Assembly: GCA_041674765.1 (NCBI GenBank)
Contig: JBAYVE010000004.1
Location: 26,751-90,750 of the forward strand
Reading direction: 5' to 3'
Source of the DNA: Patescibacteria group bacterium
Lineage (GTDB): Bacteria > Patescibacteriota > UBA1384 > XYA2-FULL-43-10 > 1-14-0-10-43-13
Length of the DNA: 64,000 nucleotides
Of the stretch, positions 1 through 8,194 are shown piece by piece. The notes beneath the pieces were generated by a model. It made no database searches. It saw only the letters and a program-made list of their open reading frames with translations, and was not told where the DNA came from. The stretch's first letter is position 1. Every line of letters begins with the position of its first letter. The position numbers were made by a program, and so were the translations under genes.

Positions 1-297
<297 letters not shown>

Positions 298-300
<3 letters not shown>

Positions 301-442
301 AGTGGGGAAGGTAGAACGTAGAGCGGGGAACGTGGAACGTAGATTGGGAATGTAGAACGTAGAATGTAGATTGGGAACGTGGGAGGGGGAAGGTTGAGTG
401 TGGAGCGGGGAACGTAGAACGTGGAATGGGGGATAGAGAGCG
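298..442 (+). repeat. Degenerate purine-rich heptamer tandem array (TRGAAYG-like, about 20 units)
   Basis: tagaacg/tagagcg/gggaacg/tggaacg/tagaatg units starting at the serS TAG; sister array at 41617-41716. Confidence 0.85.
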
Positions 443-451
443 TCAATAAGG

Positions 452-488
452 AATAAAAAGTGGCCGGTCACTGGCTGCTTTTTTATTT
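452..488 (+). terminator. Probable intrinsic terminator after serS
   Basis: aataaaaagtggcc-loop-ggctgctttttttattt hairpin with T-tract. Confidence 0.55.
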
Positions 489-562
489 TGGAAACTTTGG
501 TACAATAAAACTGATATTGCATGTAGAAATTTAATCGGCTAATTTGTTAGAAAGGAGCCAGG

Positions 563-931
563 ATGAAGGTAGAATTTCATATTAAAGACATTGTGATTAG
601 CGCTAAACAGAAAGCATTGATCGAGAAGAAAGTGATGAAATTGAAGCGGTATTTGAAAGATGAGCCGATGATAATCGATATATATTTGAGGGATGAAACC
701 AGCCCTGAGAAGGGTGGCACGGATCAAGTAGTTGAATTATCGGCAGTTTTTGGTTCTGAAAAAATCTTTGTGCAACATGTCGATGACAGATTGATGCGTT
801 CCTTTGCTTACGCCTACAAATCCTTTGAGCGTGCAATGTCGGAATTCCAACGGAAAAGATTGGATAAGACGCAAAAAGGATCGACCGGTAAAATTGATAG
901 AGCACTACGACGGTTGGGAATAAGAAAGTAA
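563..931 (+). CDS. hpf: Ribosome hibernation factor HPF/RaiA-like protein
   Basis: IEKKVMKLKRY pattern, size, RBS aaaggag, and position directly upstream of secA. Confidence 0.7.
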   Translation: MKVEFHIKDIVISAKQKALIEKKVMKLKRYLKDEPMIIDIYLRDETSPEKGGTDQVVELSAVFGSEKIFVQHVDDRLMRSFAYAYKSFERAMSEFQRKRLDKTQKGSTGKIDRALRRLGIRK

Positions 932-1099
932 GACAAGTTTACTGATGTTTTGTCCGAATGTAATGAGTACTTCTCACGCTCGAGCACCAAGCGTTCGAAG
1001 AATAAGTTATATATTTTTTAACTTGGTATCAGTTGCAATTGCTTTCATTGTATTGGGACTTTACTCGTGATAATATCTATTATGGCTGATGCCATTCTT

Positions 1100-1222
1100 T
1101 TAACTTAAAATTTAAAACGGAAAAGTTAAAACCATAATTTAAAAGGCAAAAATTTTCCGTGAGTTAAGTTTTACTGTTTTTGGGTTATGGTTTTTAGTTT
1201 TAACCTTTAATTTTTGAGTTAT
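1100..1222. repeat. ORF-less inverted heptamer-arm element (TTAAAAN / NTTTTAA)
   Basis: aaaaccataa 1128-1137 is the reverse complement of ttatggtttt 1185-1194; gttaaaac 1125-1132 pairs with gttttaac 1197-1204. Confidence 0.7.
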
Positions 1223-1226
1223 TATT

Positions 1227-4070
1227 ATGTCTTTACTCGATAAAATCTATAATCCCAGCCGTAGGGTGATAAGCTCCCTTCAGAGCCAGGTTGCGAAAAT
1301 CAACGCCTTTGAAAGCGAACTTAGCAAATTATCAGATGAGGCTTTGAAAGCCAAGACCTTGGAATTCAAAGAGAAGCTCGCTGATTTAGGCCGGCAGAAT
1401 GAAATCATAGAGGAGATCACACCCGAAGTTTTTGCGGTCATGAGAGAAGCGATGAAGCGTGTTTGGGGAGAACGCCATTTTGATGTCCAGCTGATCGGTG
1501 GATTGGTTCTTCATCAGGGTAAGATCGCCGAGATGAAAACCGGTGAAGGCAAAACGATTGTGGCTACTCTGCCCTTGTATCTGAATGCTCTGACCGGTCA
1601 GGGAGTCCACCTTGTGACTGTGAATGATTATCTTTCCCGCCATCAGGGAGAAGGAATGGGGGAAGTATTTCATTTTTTGGGTCTTTCTACCGGTATTATC
1701 CAGAGTAATCAGGAAACTTATCGTTTCGTTAAAAAACATAATTACAAACATTATTCGGAAAGTGAAGGCCTAAACTTAGAGCCTTGTTCGCGTAAGGATG
1801 CTTATGCTTGTGATGTCACTTATGGTACAAACAACGAATTTGGTTTTGACTATCTGCGCGATAACATGGCGCCGAGCGTTGAACTCTGCTCTCAGCGGAC
1901 GCTTAATTTTGCTATCGTTGATGAAGTGGACTCAATCCTGATCGATGAGGCTAGAACTCCGTTGATTATCTCGGCTCCGGCAGAGGAATCAACTGGCATG
2001 TATCAACAGTTCGCCTCACTCGTGCCACGGTTGAAAGAGGGAGAGGGATATATCGTCGATGAGAAGGACAAGGCAGTTTCGCTGACAGATAAGGGAATCG
2101 CCGAGATGGAAAAAATGCTTCATATAGACAATATTTATGAAGCCGGTGGTATCGCGATGGTTCATCACCTGGAGCAAGCCCTGAAGGCGCATGGTTTATT
2201 CAAAAAGGACCGTGATTATGTCGTCAAGGAAGGGGAAATTATTATCGTTGATGAGTTTACCGGCCGTTTGATGGTTGGCAGACGTTATTCGGAGGGACTC
2301 CATCAGGCAATTGAGGCGAAGGAAAATGTTGAAGTAAAAAGTGAGTCGCAGACCTTGGCTACAATCTCCTTCCAAAATTTATTTCGCATGTACGGAAAAT
2401 TGGCTGGTATGACCGGAACTGCCGCAACGGAAGCAGAGGAATTCTACAAAATTTACAAACTCGATGTTGTGGAAATTCCAACAAATAAATCAGTTGCCCG
2501 CAAGGATTTTCCTGATCAGATTTATAAAACGGTCGAAGCTAAGCTCGATGCGATTGTCAAAGATGTCAAAGAGAGAACCGAGAAGGGTCAGCCGATTTTG
2601 ATTGGTACTGTTTCTGTCGAAAGAAATGAGTTGCTGTCGAAAAGCTTGAAGAGGGCTGGCATCAAGCACGAAGTTTTGAACGCGAAGCAGCATGACCGTG
2701 AAGCCAAAATTATTGCCAAGGCAGGCCTCAAGGGCGCGGTGACTGTGGCAACAAATATGGCCGGACGCGGAACCGATATCAAATTGGGCGAAGGTGTCCG
2801 GGAAGTTGGAGGATTGCATGTTCTTGGTACTGAACGTCACGAGGCACGCCGTATTGACAATCAGCTCCGTGGCCGTTCCGGAAGGCAGGGCGATCCAGGG
2901 TCTTCTCAATTCTTTGTTTCGATGGAAGATGATCTAATGAGAATTTTTGGCGGCGAGCGGCTGAAGAATCTAATGAGTTCGTTGGGTCTGCCTGACGACA
3001 TGCCAGTCCAGAATGCGATGATTTCACGCTCAATTGAATCAGCCCAGAGAAGAGTTGAGGGATATAATTTCGACATTCGAAAACATCTCGTTGAATATGA
3101 TGATGTGATGAATAAGCATCGCGAGGTCATTTACAGGAAACGAAGAAGAATACTGGAATTAGAGGTCAACAACCAACAATCAACAACCAGCAACCAATCA
3201 AATTCCAATATTCAAAATCCAAATGACTATGAGACCATTGGACAGTCAGAGCCGACTGACCTGAGAAGCGAGATTCTCGAAATCATTGATGATGAGATTG
3301 AAGCAATAATCAATTTGAATATTGAAAACCCCGATAAGGCCAAATCGGAACTGACTGTAATGCTTGGTTCCCCGGTAGAGCTTTTGGATATGGAAAAACT
3401 AAAGGCTCAGGCAATAAGCCTTTATGAAGCTCGAGAAGAAAAGTTTGGGCCGGAAGTGATGCGTCAGATCGAGAAAGCGGTGTATCTAAGGACGATTGAT
3501 ATGCTTTGGGTCGAGCATCTGACAACGATGGACGAACTTCGAACCGGTATTGGACTTCAGGGTTACGGCCAGCGTGATCCTCTTATCGAATATAAGCAGG
3601 AAGCTTACCGTTTATTCGAAGGTCTACTCCGAAGCATTGAAAGTTCTGTGGCTAAAACAATTTTTCGCGTAGAAGTTTCTGCGCAACCCCAGCCGAGACC
3701 CATAGAAGAGAAAAAGCTGGAATATACTCAGCCTGATATTAGTGAAGTAGGCGGATTTGAGAATGACCTGCCCGCAGTCGCTAAAGCCCAGCTTTTGCAG
3801 GCGGGAAAAGAAGATCTGGCAGTTGCTCAGAAGATGCTTGCTATTCAGGCAGAGAGCCAAAAGCAAAAGGTTAAAAACGATGAGCTTTTAAAAAAATCAT
3901 TCGGTAAAGGCAGCAGCGTATATGACAGAATGAAGGAATCGAGTGCCTCAGGGCCTGCCTCTCAGGTCAGAAATAAATTATCAAAAGTCGGCAGAAACGA
4001 TCCCTGCCCATGCGGAGCGACTAAGGCAGACGGACGCCCGGTAAAGTACAAACATTGTCACGGGAAATAA
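1227..4070 (+). CDS. secA: Preprotein translocase ATPase SecA
   Basis: MKTGEGKT, DEVDSILIDEARTPL, NMAGRGTDI, QLRGRSGRQGDPG and C-terminal GRNDPCPCG. Confidence 0.99.
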   Translation: MSLLDKIYNPSRRVISSLQSQVAKINAFESELSKLSDEALKAKTLEFKEKLADLGRQNEIIEEITPEVFAVMREAMKRVWGERHFDVQLIGGLVLHQGKIAEMKTGEGKTIVATLPLYLNALTGQGVHLVTVNDYLSRHQGEGMGEVFHFLGLSTGIIQSNQETYRFVKKHNYKHYSESEGLNLEPCSRKDAYACDVTYGTNNEFGFDYLRDNMAPSVELCSQRTLNFAIVDEVDSILIDEARTPLIISAPAEESTGMYQQFASLVPRLKEGEGYIVDEKDKAVSLTDKGIAEMEKMLHIDNIYEAGGIAMVHHLEQALKAHGLFKKDRDYVVKEGEIIIVDEFTGRLMVGRRYSEGLHQAIEAKENVEVKSESQTLATISFQNLFRMYGKLAGMTGTAATEAEEFYKIYKLDVVEIPTNKSVARKDFPDQIYKTVEAKLDAIVKDVKERTEKGQPILIGTVSVERNELLSKSLKRAGIKHEVLNAKQHDREAKIIAKAGLKGAVTVATNMAGRGTDIKLGEGVREVGGLHVLGTERHEARRIDNQLRGRSGRQGDPGSSQFFVSMEDDLMRIFGGERLKNLMSSLGLPDDMPVQNAMISRSIESAQRRVEGYNFDIRKHLVEYDDVMNKHREVIYRKRRRILELEVNNQQSTTSNQSNSNIQNPNDYETIGQSEPTDLRSEILEIIDDEIEAIINLNIENPDKAKSELTVMLGSPVELLDMEKLKAQAISLYEAREEKFGPEVMRQIEKAVYLRTIDMLWVEHLTTMDELRTGIGLQGYGQRDPLIEYKQEAYRLFEGLLRSIESSVAKTIFRVEVSAQPQPRPIEEKKLEYTQPDISEVGGFENDLPAVAKAQLLQAGKEDLAVAQKMLAIQAESQKQKVKNDELLKKSFGKGSSVYDRMKESSASGPASQVRNKLSKVGRNDPCPCGATKADGRPVKYKHCHGK

Positions 4071-4128
4071 GTTCTGAATTTTGTGAAAATCAAGCCGAGT
4101 CCCTTTCGTAGCTTTAGCGAAGGGGGAC

Positions 4129-4167
4129 GGTTCTGGTAAGAAATATAAGAAATGCAACGGGAAATAA
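4129..4167 (+). pseudogene. Relic SEC-C C-terminus (GSGKKYKKCNGK*) downstream of secA
   Basis: ggt tct ggt aag aaa tat aag aaa tgc aac ggg aaa taa; out of frame with secA and with no start. Confidence 0.7.
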
Positions 4168-4172
4168 CATAT

Positions 4173-4267
4173 CTACCTCACCTAGCCTCTCCTAAACTAG
4201 GAGAGGGATTAAACAGGATCATTGCAATTATTTCCCCTCCTGGATCAGGAGGGGTTAGGGGAGGTAG
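4173..4267. repeat. Left CCTC/GAGG palindromic doublet flanking DUF559
   Basis: 4173-4209 is identical (37 nt) to 4631-4667; ends in the inverted partner ...gggaggtag. Confidence 0.9.
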
Positions 4268-4653
4268 TAAAAATAGAATATATTTTCAATAATAAAGATA
4301 GTGCTGATCTCAGGCGCAATCTTCGGAAGAATATGCCTATTACAGAAGTGGTTATTTGGCAGAGAATCAGGGCGGGCCAATTGGGTGGCTATAAGTTCAA
4401 AAGACAATATAGCGCCGCTAATTTTATTTTGGATTTTTACTGCCCATTAAAGAGACTAGCGATCGAGCTTGACGGTGAAAGCCATTATTTGGGCAACCAA
4501 AAAGAATACGATAAAGACAGAACTAAATATCTGAATTCGCTAAATATAAAGGTTGTTCGATTTACCAATAAAGAAGTGATGGAGAATATTGAGGGCGTGA
4601 TTGAGAGGATACTATCAATTTTAAATGAACCTACCTCACCTAGCCTCTCCTAA
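4222..4653 (+). CDS. DUF559 (Vsr-like PD-(D/E)xK) endonuclease
   Basis: LRKNMPITEVVIW, KFKRQ, ILDFYC, LAIELDGESH, DKDRTKYL, VVRFTN; start uncertain (TTG inside the repeat, or ATA at 4273 behind GGAGG). Confidence 0.9.
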   Translation: MQLFPLLDQEGLGEVVKIEYIFNNKDSADLRRNLRKNMPITEVVIWQRIRAGQLGGYKFKRQYSAANFILDFYCPLKRLAIELDGESHYLGNQKEYDKDRTKYLNSLNIKVVRFTNKEVMENIEGVIERILSILNEPTSPSLS

Positions 4654-4773
4654 ACTAGGAGAGGGATCAGAACGGGATCATCATGGCTACTTTCCCTTAT
4701 TTGATTAGGAGTGATTAGTAGGGCCATTGCAGCTACTTTTCCTTCTTCGATTAGGAGGGATTAAGGGAGGTAG
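4631..4773. repeat. Right CCTC/GAGG palindromic unit flanking DUF559
   Basis: 37-nt direct copy of the left unit; contains the DUF559 stop codon; ends ...gggaggtag. Confidence 0.9.
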
Positions 4774-4788
4774 AAATCAGAAGCAATC

Positions 4789-5544
4789 TTATTTATTCTT
4801 ATCGGGACAAAGATCCCAAATTAAACGGAACCAAGTTCTATAGGTTTCTGCGAGTTCCGGATTAATCATGACAAAGATTGTGCCGTCCTCGCCGAAATTG
4901 CCAATGCCAACACTAGTAAAGGTAACGACATAATCTCCGAAAACATCGGTGACCCCTGGGGCTTCGTAGCCTTTGGGTAAAATTTTATATTCACCTCCGA
5001 CATTTTTGAGCGCCTCTGGCAGCTCTTTTTTGACTCTGGGATCGTAAAGAGTGTAATATTTCTTACCCTTTCTGGTCATCGCATCCTTATAGTCATCCAA
5101 ATACTGTTTCTCGACCCAGGGGGTAAACCAGAGGCCCTTGGCACCAAGAAAATAGGTATCCTCCGCCACATTGGCCATATCTCGAAGGTAATTTTTGTAG
5201 CCCTCTTTGCCCTTGTAAATAAAGGCGGCTTCTTTTTGGGGCTCAGTTTCATACATTTTTTTTAATTCAGGCAAAATATTATTCAACTGCTCCGACTGTT
5301 TCTGAAGCATCTCCTGCAATTTATCAGGACTGACCGCTCGAAATTTATTCTCTTCTTTCTTGAAAATACGAAAAACAAGGCCCTTTTCGATAAGGCGATT
5401 GAGCGTATCGTAAACATTGCGCCTGTTAACATCGGCTTTGAGTGAAATTTCGGCTACGCCGATCTCATTGGAAGAGAGTAGCGCCTCATAAATTTTTGCT
5501 TCATTGGGCGAAAGCCCTAAGTTACTAAAGATCTCTGAATACAT
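4789..5544 (-). CDS. TrmB-family transcriptional regulator
   Basis: LGLSPNEAKIYEALL...RRNVYDTLNRLIEKGLV wHTH followed by a YKGKEG effector domain. Confidence 0.9.
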   Translation of the reverse strand: MYSEIFSNLGLSPNEAKIYEALLSSNEIGVAEISLKADVNRRNVYDTLNRLIEKGLVFRIFKKEENKFRAVSPDKLQEMLQKQSEQLNNILPELKKMYETEPQKEAAFIYKGKEGYKNYLRDMANVAEDTYFLGAKGLWFTPWVEKQYLDDYKDAMTRKGKKYYTLYDPRVKKELPEALKNVGGEYKILPKGYEAPGVTDVFGDYVVTFTSVGIGNFGEDGTIFVMINPELAETYRTWFRLIWDLCPDKNK

Positions 5545-5555
5545 TTTTTCCTTTT

Positions 5556-5963
5556 CTTCCCCTCATTTTTAAGGAGGGGCTAGGGGTGGTTTATTTATTA
5601 ATTTTCAATTTTTAATTTAAATTTTTCTAATAACTATCAACGGATCAAATCTCTTCTAGCGTGTCATCCTCGGGACCGGCGGTGTTCTCTAGAGTGGTGC
5701 CTCATTCGAGTCTGCCTTCGATTCACACTCAGGCCCTGAGCCTGTCGAATGGGAGCCTGAGGGCTCTTCCCTCAGAGTCGAAGACCGGGGACCCAATTCC
5801 TTTTTTGCGGTGTCATCCTGAGGAACCGAAGGATCTCTGAACTTGTTTCAGGTGGCATTGACTTCGCATTCGCGAGGGATTCTTCGCCTCCTCAGAATGA
5901 CAGACTAATATGGTGTATAACTGATAGATTCTTCGCCTCCGAGAACATTGGCTCAGAATGACA
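5556..5963. repeat. Cluster of nested REP-like palindromes (CCTC, GTCAT and TTCGA families)
   Basis: tgtcatcctcgggacc...ggggacccaattcctt matches 20524-20580; tgtcatcctgag...ctcagaatgaca pair at 5811-5903; third copy at 5926-5963. Confidence 0.85.
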
Positions 5964-5998
5964 GTTGTTATGGTGTATGTAATCACCATATGGTGATA

Positions 5999-6046
5999 TT
6001 GACCACTCATTAACTTTATTATATACTTGCTCATCGTTCTTGTCAA
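5999..6046. promoter_or_regulatory. Overlapping divergent sigma70-type promoters
   Basis: Plus strand TTGACC-17-TATACT (5999-6027); minus strand perfect TTGACA-17-TATAAT (6046-6018). Confidence 0.7.
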
Positions 6047-6150
6047 GGCTTGCTTTGGTGAGAATGTTTTAAATATCAATCGAGCTCAAATTATGCTTTC
6101 AAGCCTGGTTGGAGCTAGGACCTACACAACCTAGAGCGGGAGGGAAAGGT

Positions 6151-6789
6151 ATGCCAAGAATAGAGAGTGCAATTATCATCACTGATGATATGCGTAATCT
6201 GTTGATGCATTGTTGCCGATTGAGTGGGCTGACTCAGAAAGAGCTTGCTCGGAGGGCAGGAGTGGAACAGTCATGGGCTAGCAGAGCCTTAAATGGGAGT
6301 CGGAAACGTGTCGAGAGAGCGCTTATTCAAAGTACGGTCAAGGTAGTGGCGTCTGCCCTTGAAGAAAAACAGGAGATAGATTGCGAGCAAGCAGCAGCGC
6401 ACCTAAGAAGCGCTTTCGGCGTCGGCGGCGAGCTGGTTACAAATACAGCCATGTTGTTCCGGACGATAGCCATCACCGGGCTTGTAAATTGCGGTCTCGG
6501 AATGACCGATGAGCAGGCCGTGGTATTCTGCAACCTGCCCTGTCTATTCACGCGTTTAGAAGCAGTGAAAACGATTCTGCGCGGCTTGGTTGCTATTGCC
6601 AATGCGTCAAATGGCAAGGCAGCGGAAGCTGTCGGCCAAATGATTATTGTGGGGATTGTCAATTGCGGTCTTGGGATCACGGAAGACCAGGCCAAGAAAT
6701 TCGTCTCACAACCGAATCTGGGCGAGAGAATTGACAGTGTATTGAGTGCAATGAGTGCCATCGCGGCCGCATTCGAAACTGGCAATTGA
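6151..6789 (+). CDS. XRE-family HTH protein with duplicated G-x-x-x-C-G-L-G domain (paralogue 1)
   Basis: LTQKELARRAGVEQSWASRALNG HTH; ATG 6151 behind ggagggaaagg. Confidence 0.75.
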   Translation: MPRIESAIIITDDMRNLLMHCCRLSGLTQKELARRAGVEQSWASRALNGSRKRVERALIQSTVKVVASALEEKQEIDCEQAAAHLRSAFGVGGELVTNTAMLFRTIAITGLVNCGLGMTDEQAVVFCNLPCLFTRLEAVKTILRGLVAIANASNGKAAEAVGQMIIVGIVNCGLGITEDQAKKFVSQPNLGERIDSVLSAMSAIAAAFETGN

Positions 6790-6815
6790 GAAGAAGCGAA
6801 AGGAAGGGGGCAAAT

Positions 6816-7463
6816 ATGCCGCAGGTGGAAGTTACCCTACTAACGGGAGAGATGACAGATCTTCTCGTTAAATGTGTGAAAACGAGCAAGCTCAACCAGA
6901 AGGAATTGGCCGAAAAGGCGGGAGTACAACAATCATGGCTAAGCCGTCTTTTGAGGGGGGATCGCCATCGTTTAGAGGTAGAGTCGATCAATAAAGTTGT
7001 CGGAGCATTGGCTAAAACACTTGACACGATGGGCGCTGCTGCAAGCAATCAAGCAACATATCTCAGAGAAGTCTTCTTTGGCGATGTACTGAATGCCGGG
7101 CCAATGAGTGCTGTCAAAAAGATGGCTGTGATTGGGCTGATGAAATGCGGCCTCGGCATCGACGCAGATAGGGCGGGGGAAATGTTTGATAGTGATCCCT
7201 GTCTGATGACGAAAGTGCAGGGAGCCATTCAAGTGCTTAAGGCGATTGAGGCAATCATCAATGCAATCCCTGACAGTCTCAAGGACGCGGCAGTTGGGGA
7301 GATGATCACATCAGGGATCGAAGATTGTGGCTTTGGAACTCCTCATGATGTTGCCCGTGAATTCTGTAAGCCTGACGCGAAGGAAAAAATACAGAGGGCA
7401 GTGAGTGCCTTGAGCGGAGTGAGCGTCGTCATCGAGATCGCCCGAGGCGAGGATCGAAGTTAA
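6816..7463 (+). CDS. XRE-family HTH protein with duplicated Cys-motif domain (paralogue 2)
   Basis: LNQKELAEKAGVQQSWLSRLLRG HTH; collinear with the upstream paralogue; ATG 6816 behind aggaaggggg. Confidence 0.75.
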   Translation: MPQVEVTLLTGEMTDLLVKCVKTSKLNQKELAEKAGVQQSWLSRLLRGDRHRLEVESINKVVGALAKTLDTMGAAASNQATYLREVFFGDVLNAGPMSAVKKMAVIGLMKCGLGIDADRAGEMFDSDPCLMTKVQGAIQVLKAIEAIINAIPDSLKDAAVGEMITSGIEDCGFGTPHDVAREFCKPDAKEKIQRAVSALSGVSVVIEIARGEDRS

Positions 7464-7493
7464 TAACTAGTGACGCGCTAGCGAGAGTGGACA

Positions 7494-7540
7494 AAAACCG
7501 ACCGTCCGGCGTGCAAGGATGCACAAAGGGCGGTTTTTTT
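7494..7540 (+). terminator. Probable intrinsic terminator
   Basis: aaaaccg...cggttttttt closing stem with T-tract. Confidence 0.5.
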
Positions 7541-7601
7541 AATTATTAATTTTAGTTATAATTTAATTGCATTTAATATTAGTCAACCTGAAAAGGAATC
7601 T

Positions 7602-8120
7602 ATGGAAAATAAAAGTGCTATACATTTTTTGATGACAGGTGGGACTATCGATTCTTACTTTGATCCGATAGAAGGCACAACGATACCCACTGAACACTCG
7701 TATATCCCAAAATTCATTCCCTTATTAAAACTTTATGAGAATTGCATTTTTACTGAAGTTTGCATGAAGGATAGCCGTGATTTGCTGGAAGATGACCGAA
7801 AGAGGCTGCTCAAAGCTATTAAAGAAAGTGATTCTCAAAGAGTAATTATTACTCATGGGAGTTATACTGTAAGCGATACCGCAAGGTTTATTCAGGAAAA
7901 TTTCAGAGAGAAAAATAAGACGATAATATTTGTTTGTGCGATGGTGCCGCTGGATGGTTTTTCACCGACAGACGCAGGGTTTAACTTAGGGTATGCGGTT
8001 GCTAAGTCTCAGGATTTGGAACCAGGTATATACGTTTGTATGAATGGCAGAGTATTTGACGCCGAAGAAGTTACAAAGATCCTTTCTGAAGGCAGATTTG
8101 GGTCAATCTATACTAAATAG
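7602..8120 (+). CDS. Asparaginase N-terminal-domain protein
   Basis: TGGTIDS, KDSRD, ITHGSYT and DAGFNLGYA motifs. Confidence 0.85.
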   Translation: MENKSAIHFLMTGGTIDSYFDPIEGTTIPTEHSYIPKFIPLLKLYENCIFTEVCMKDSRDLLEDDRKRLLKAIKESDSQRVIITHGSYTVSDTARFIQENFREKNKTIIFVCAMVPLDGFSPTDAGFNLGYAVAKSQDLEPGIYVCMNGRVFDAEEVTKILSEGRFGSIYTK

Positions 8121-8194
8121 CTCGATTCAACCACTTGGGCAGGCGGAGGCTGCTGGCGGTTTTTTAAACCTCGAAATTTGGTTATAATAACTAT

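Noticed and set aside
5811-5963. Possible CRISPR or tRNA in the repeat cluster, and the 5813-6079 ORF
   Set aside because: Repeats are inverted and degenerate with no cloverleaf or T-loop consensus; the ORF is read-through of palindromes
6151-7463. Prophage immunity region or toxin-antitoxin pair
   Set aside because: The genes are co-directional paralogues with no toxin domain and no integrase or phage genes nearby
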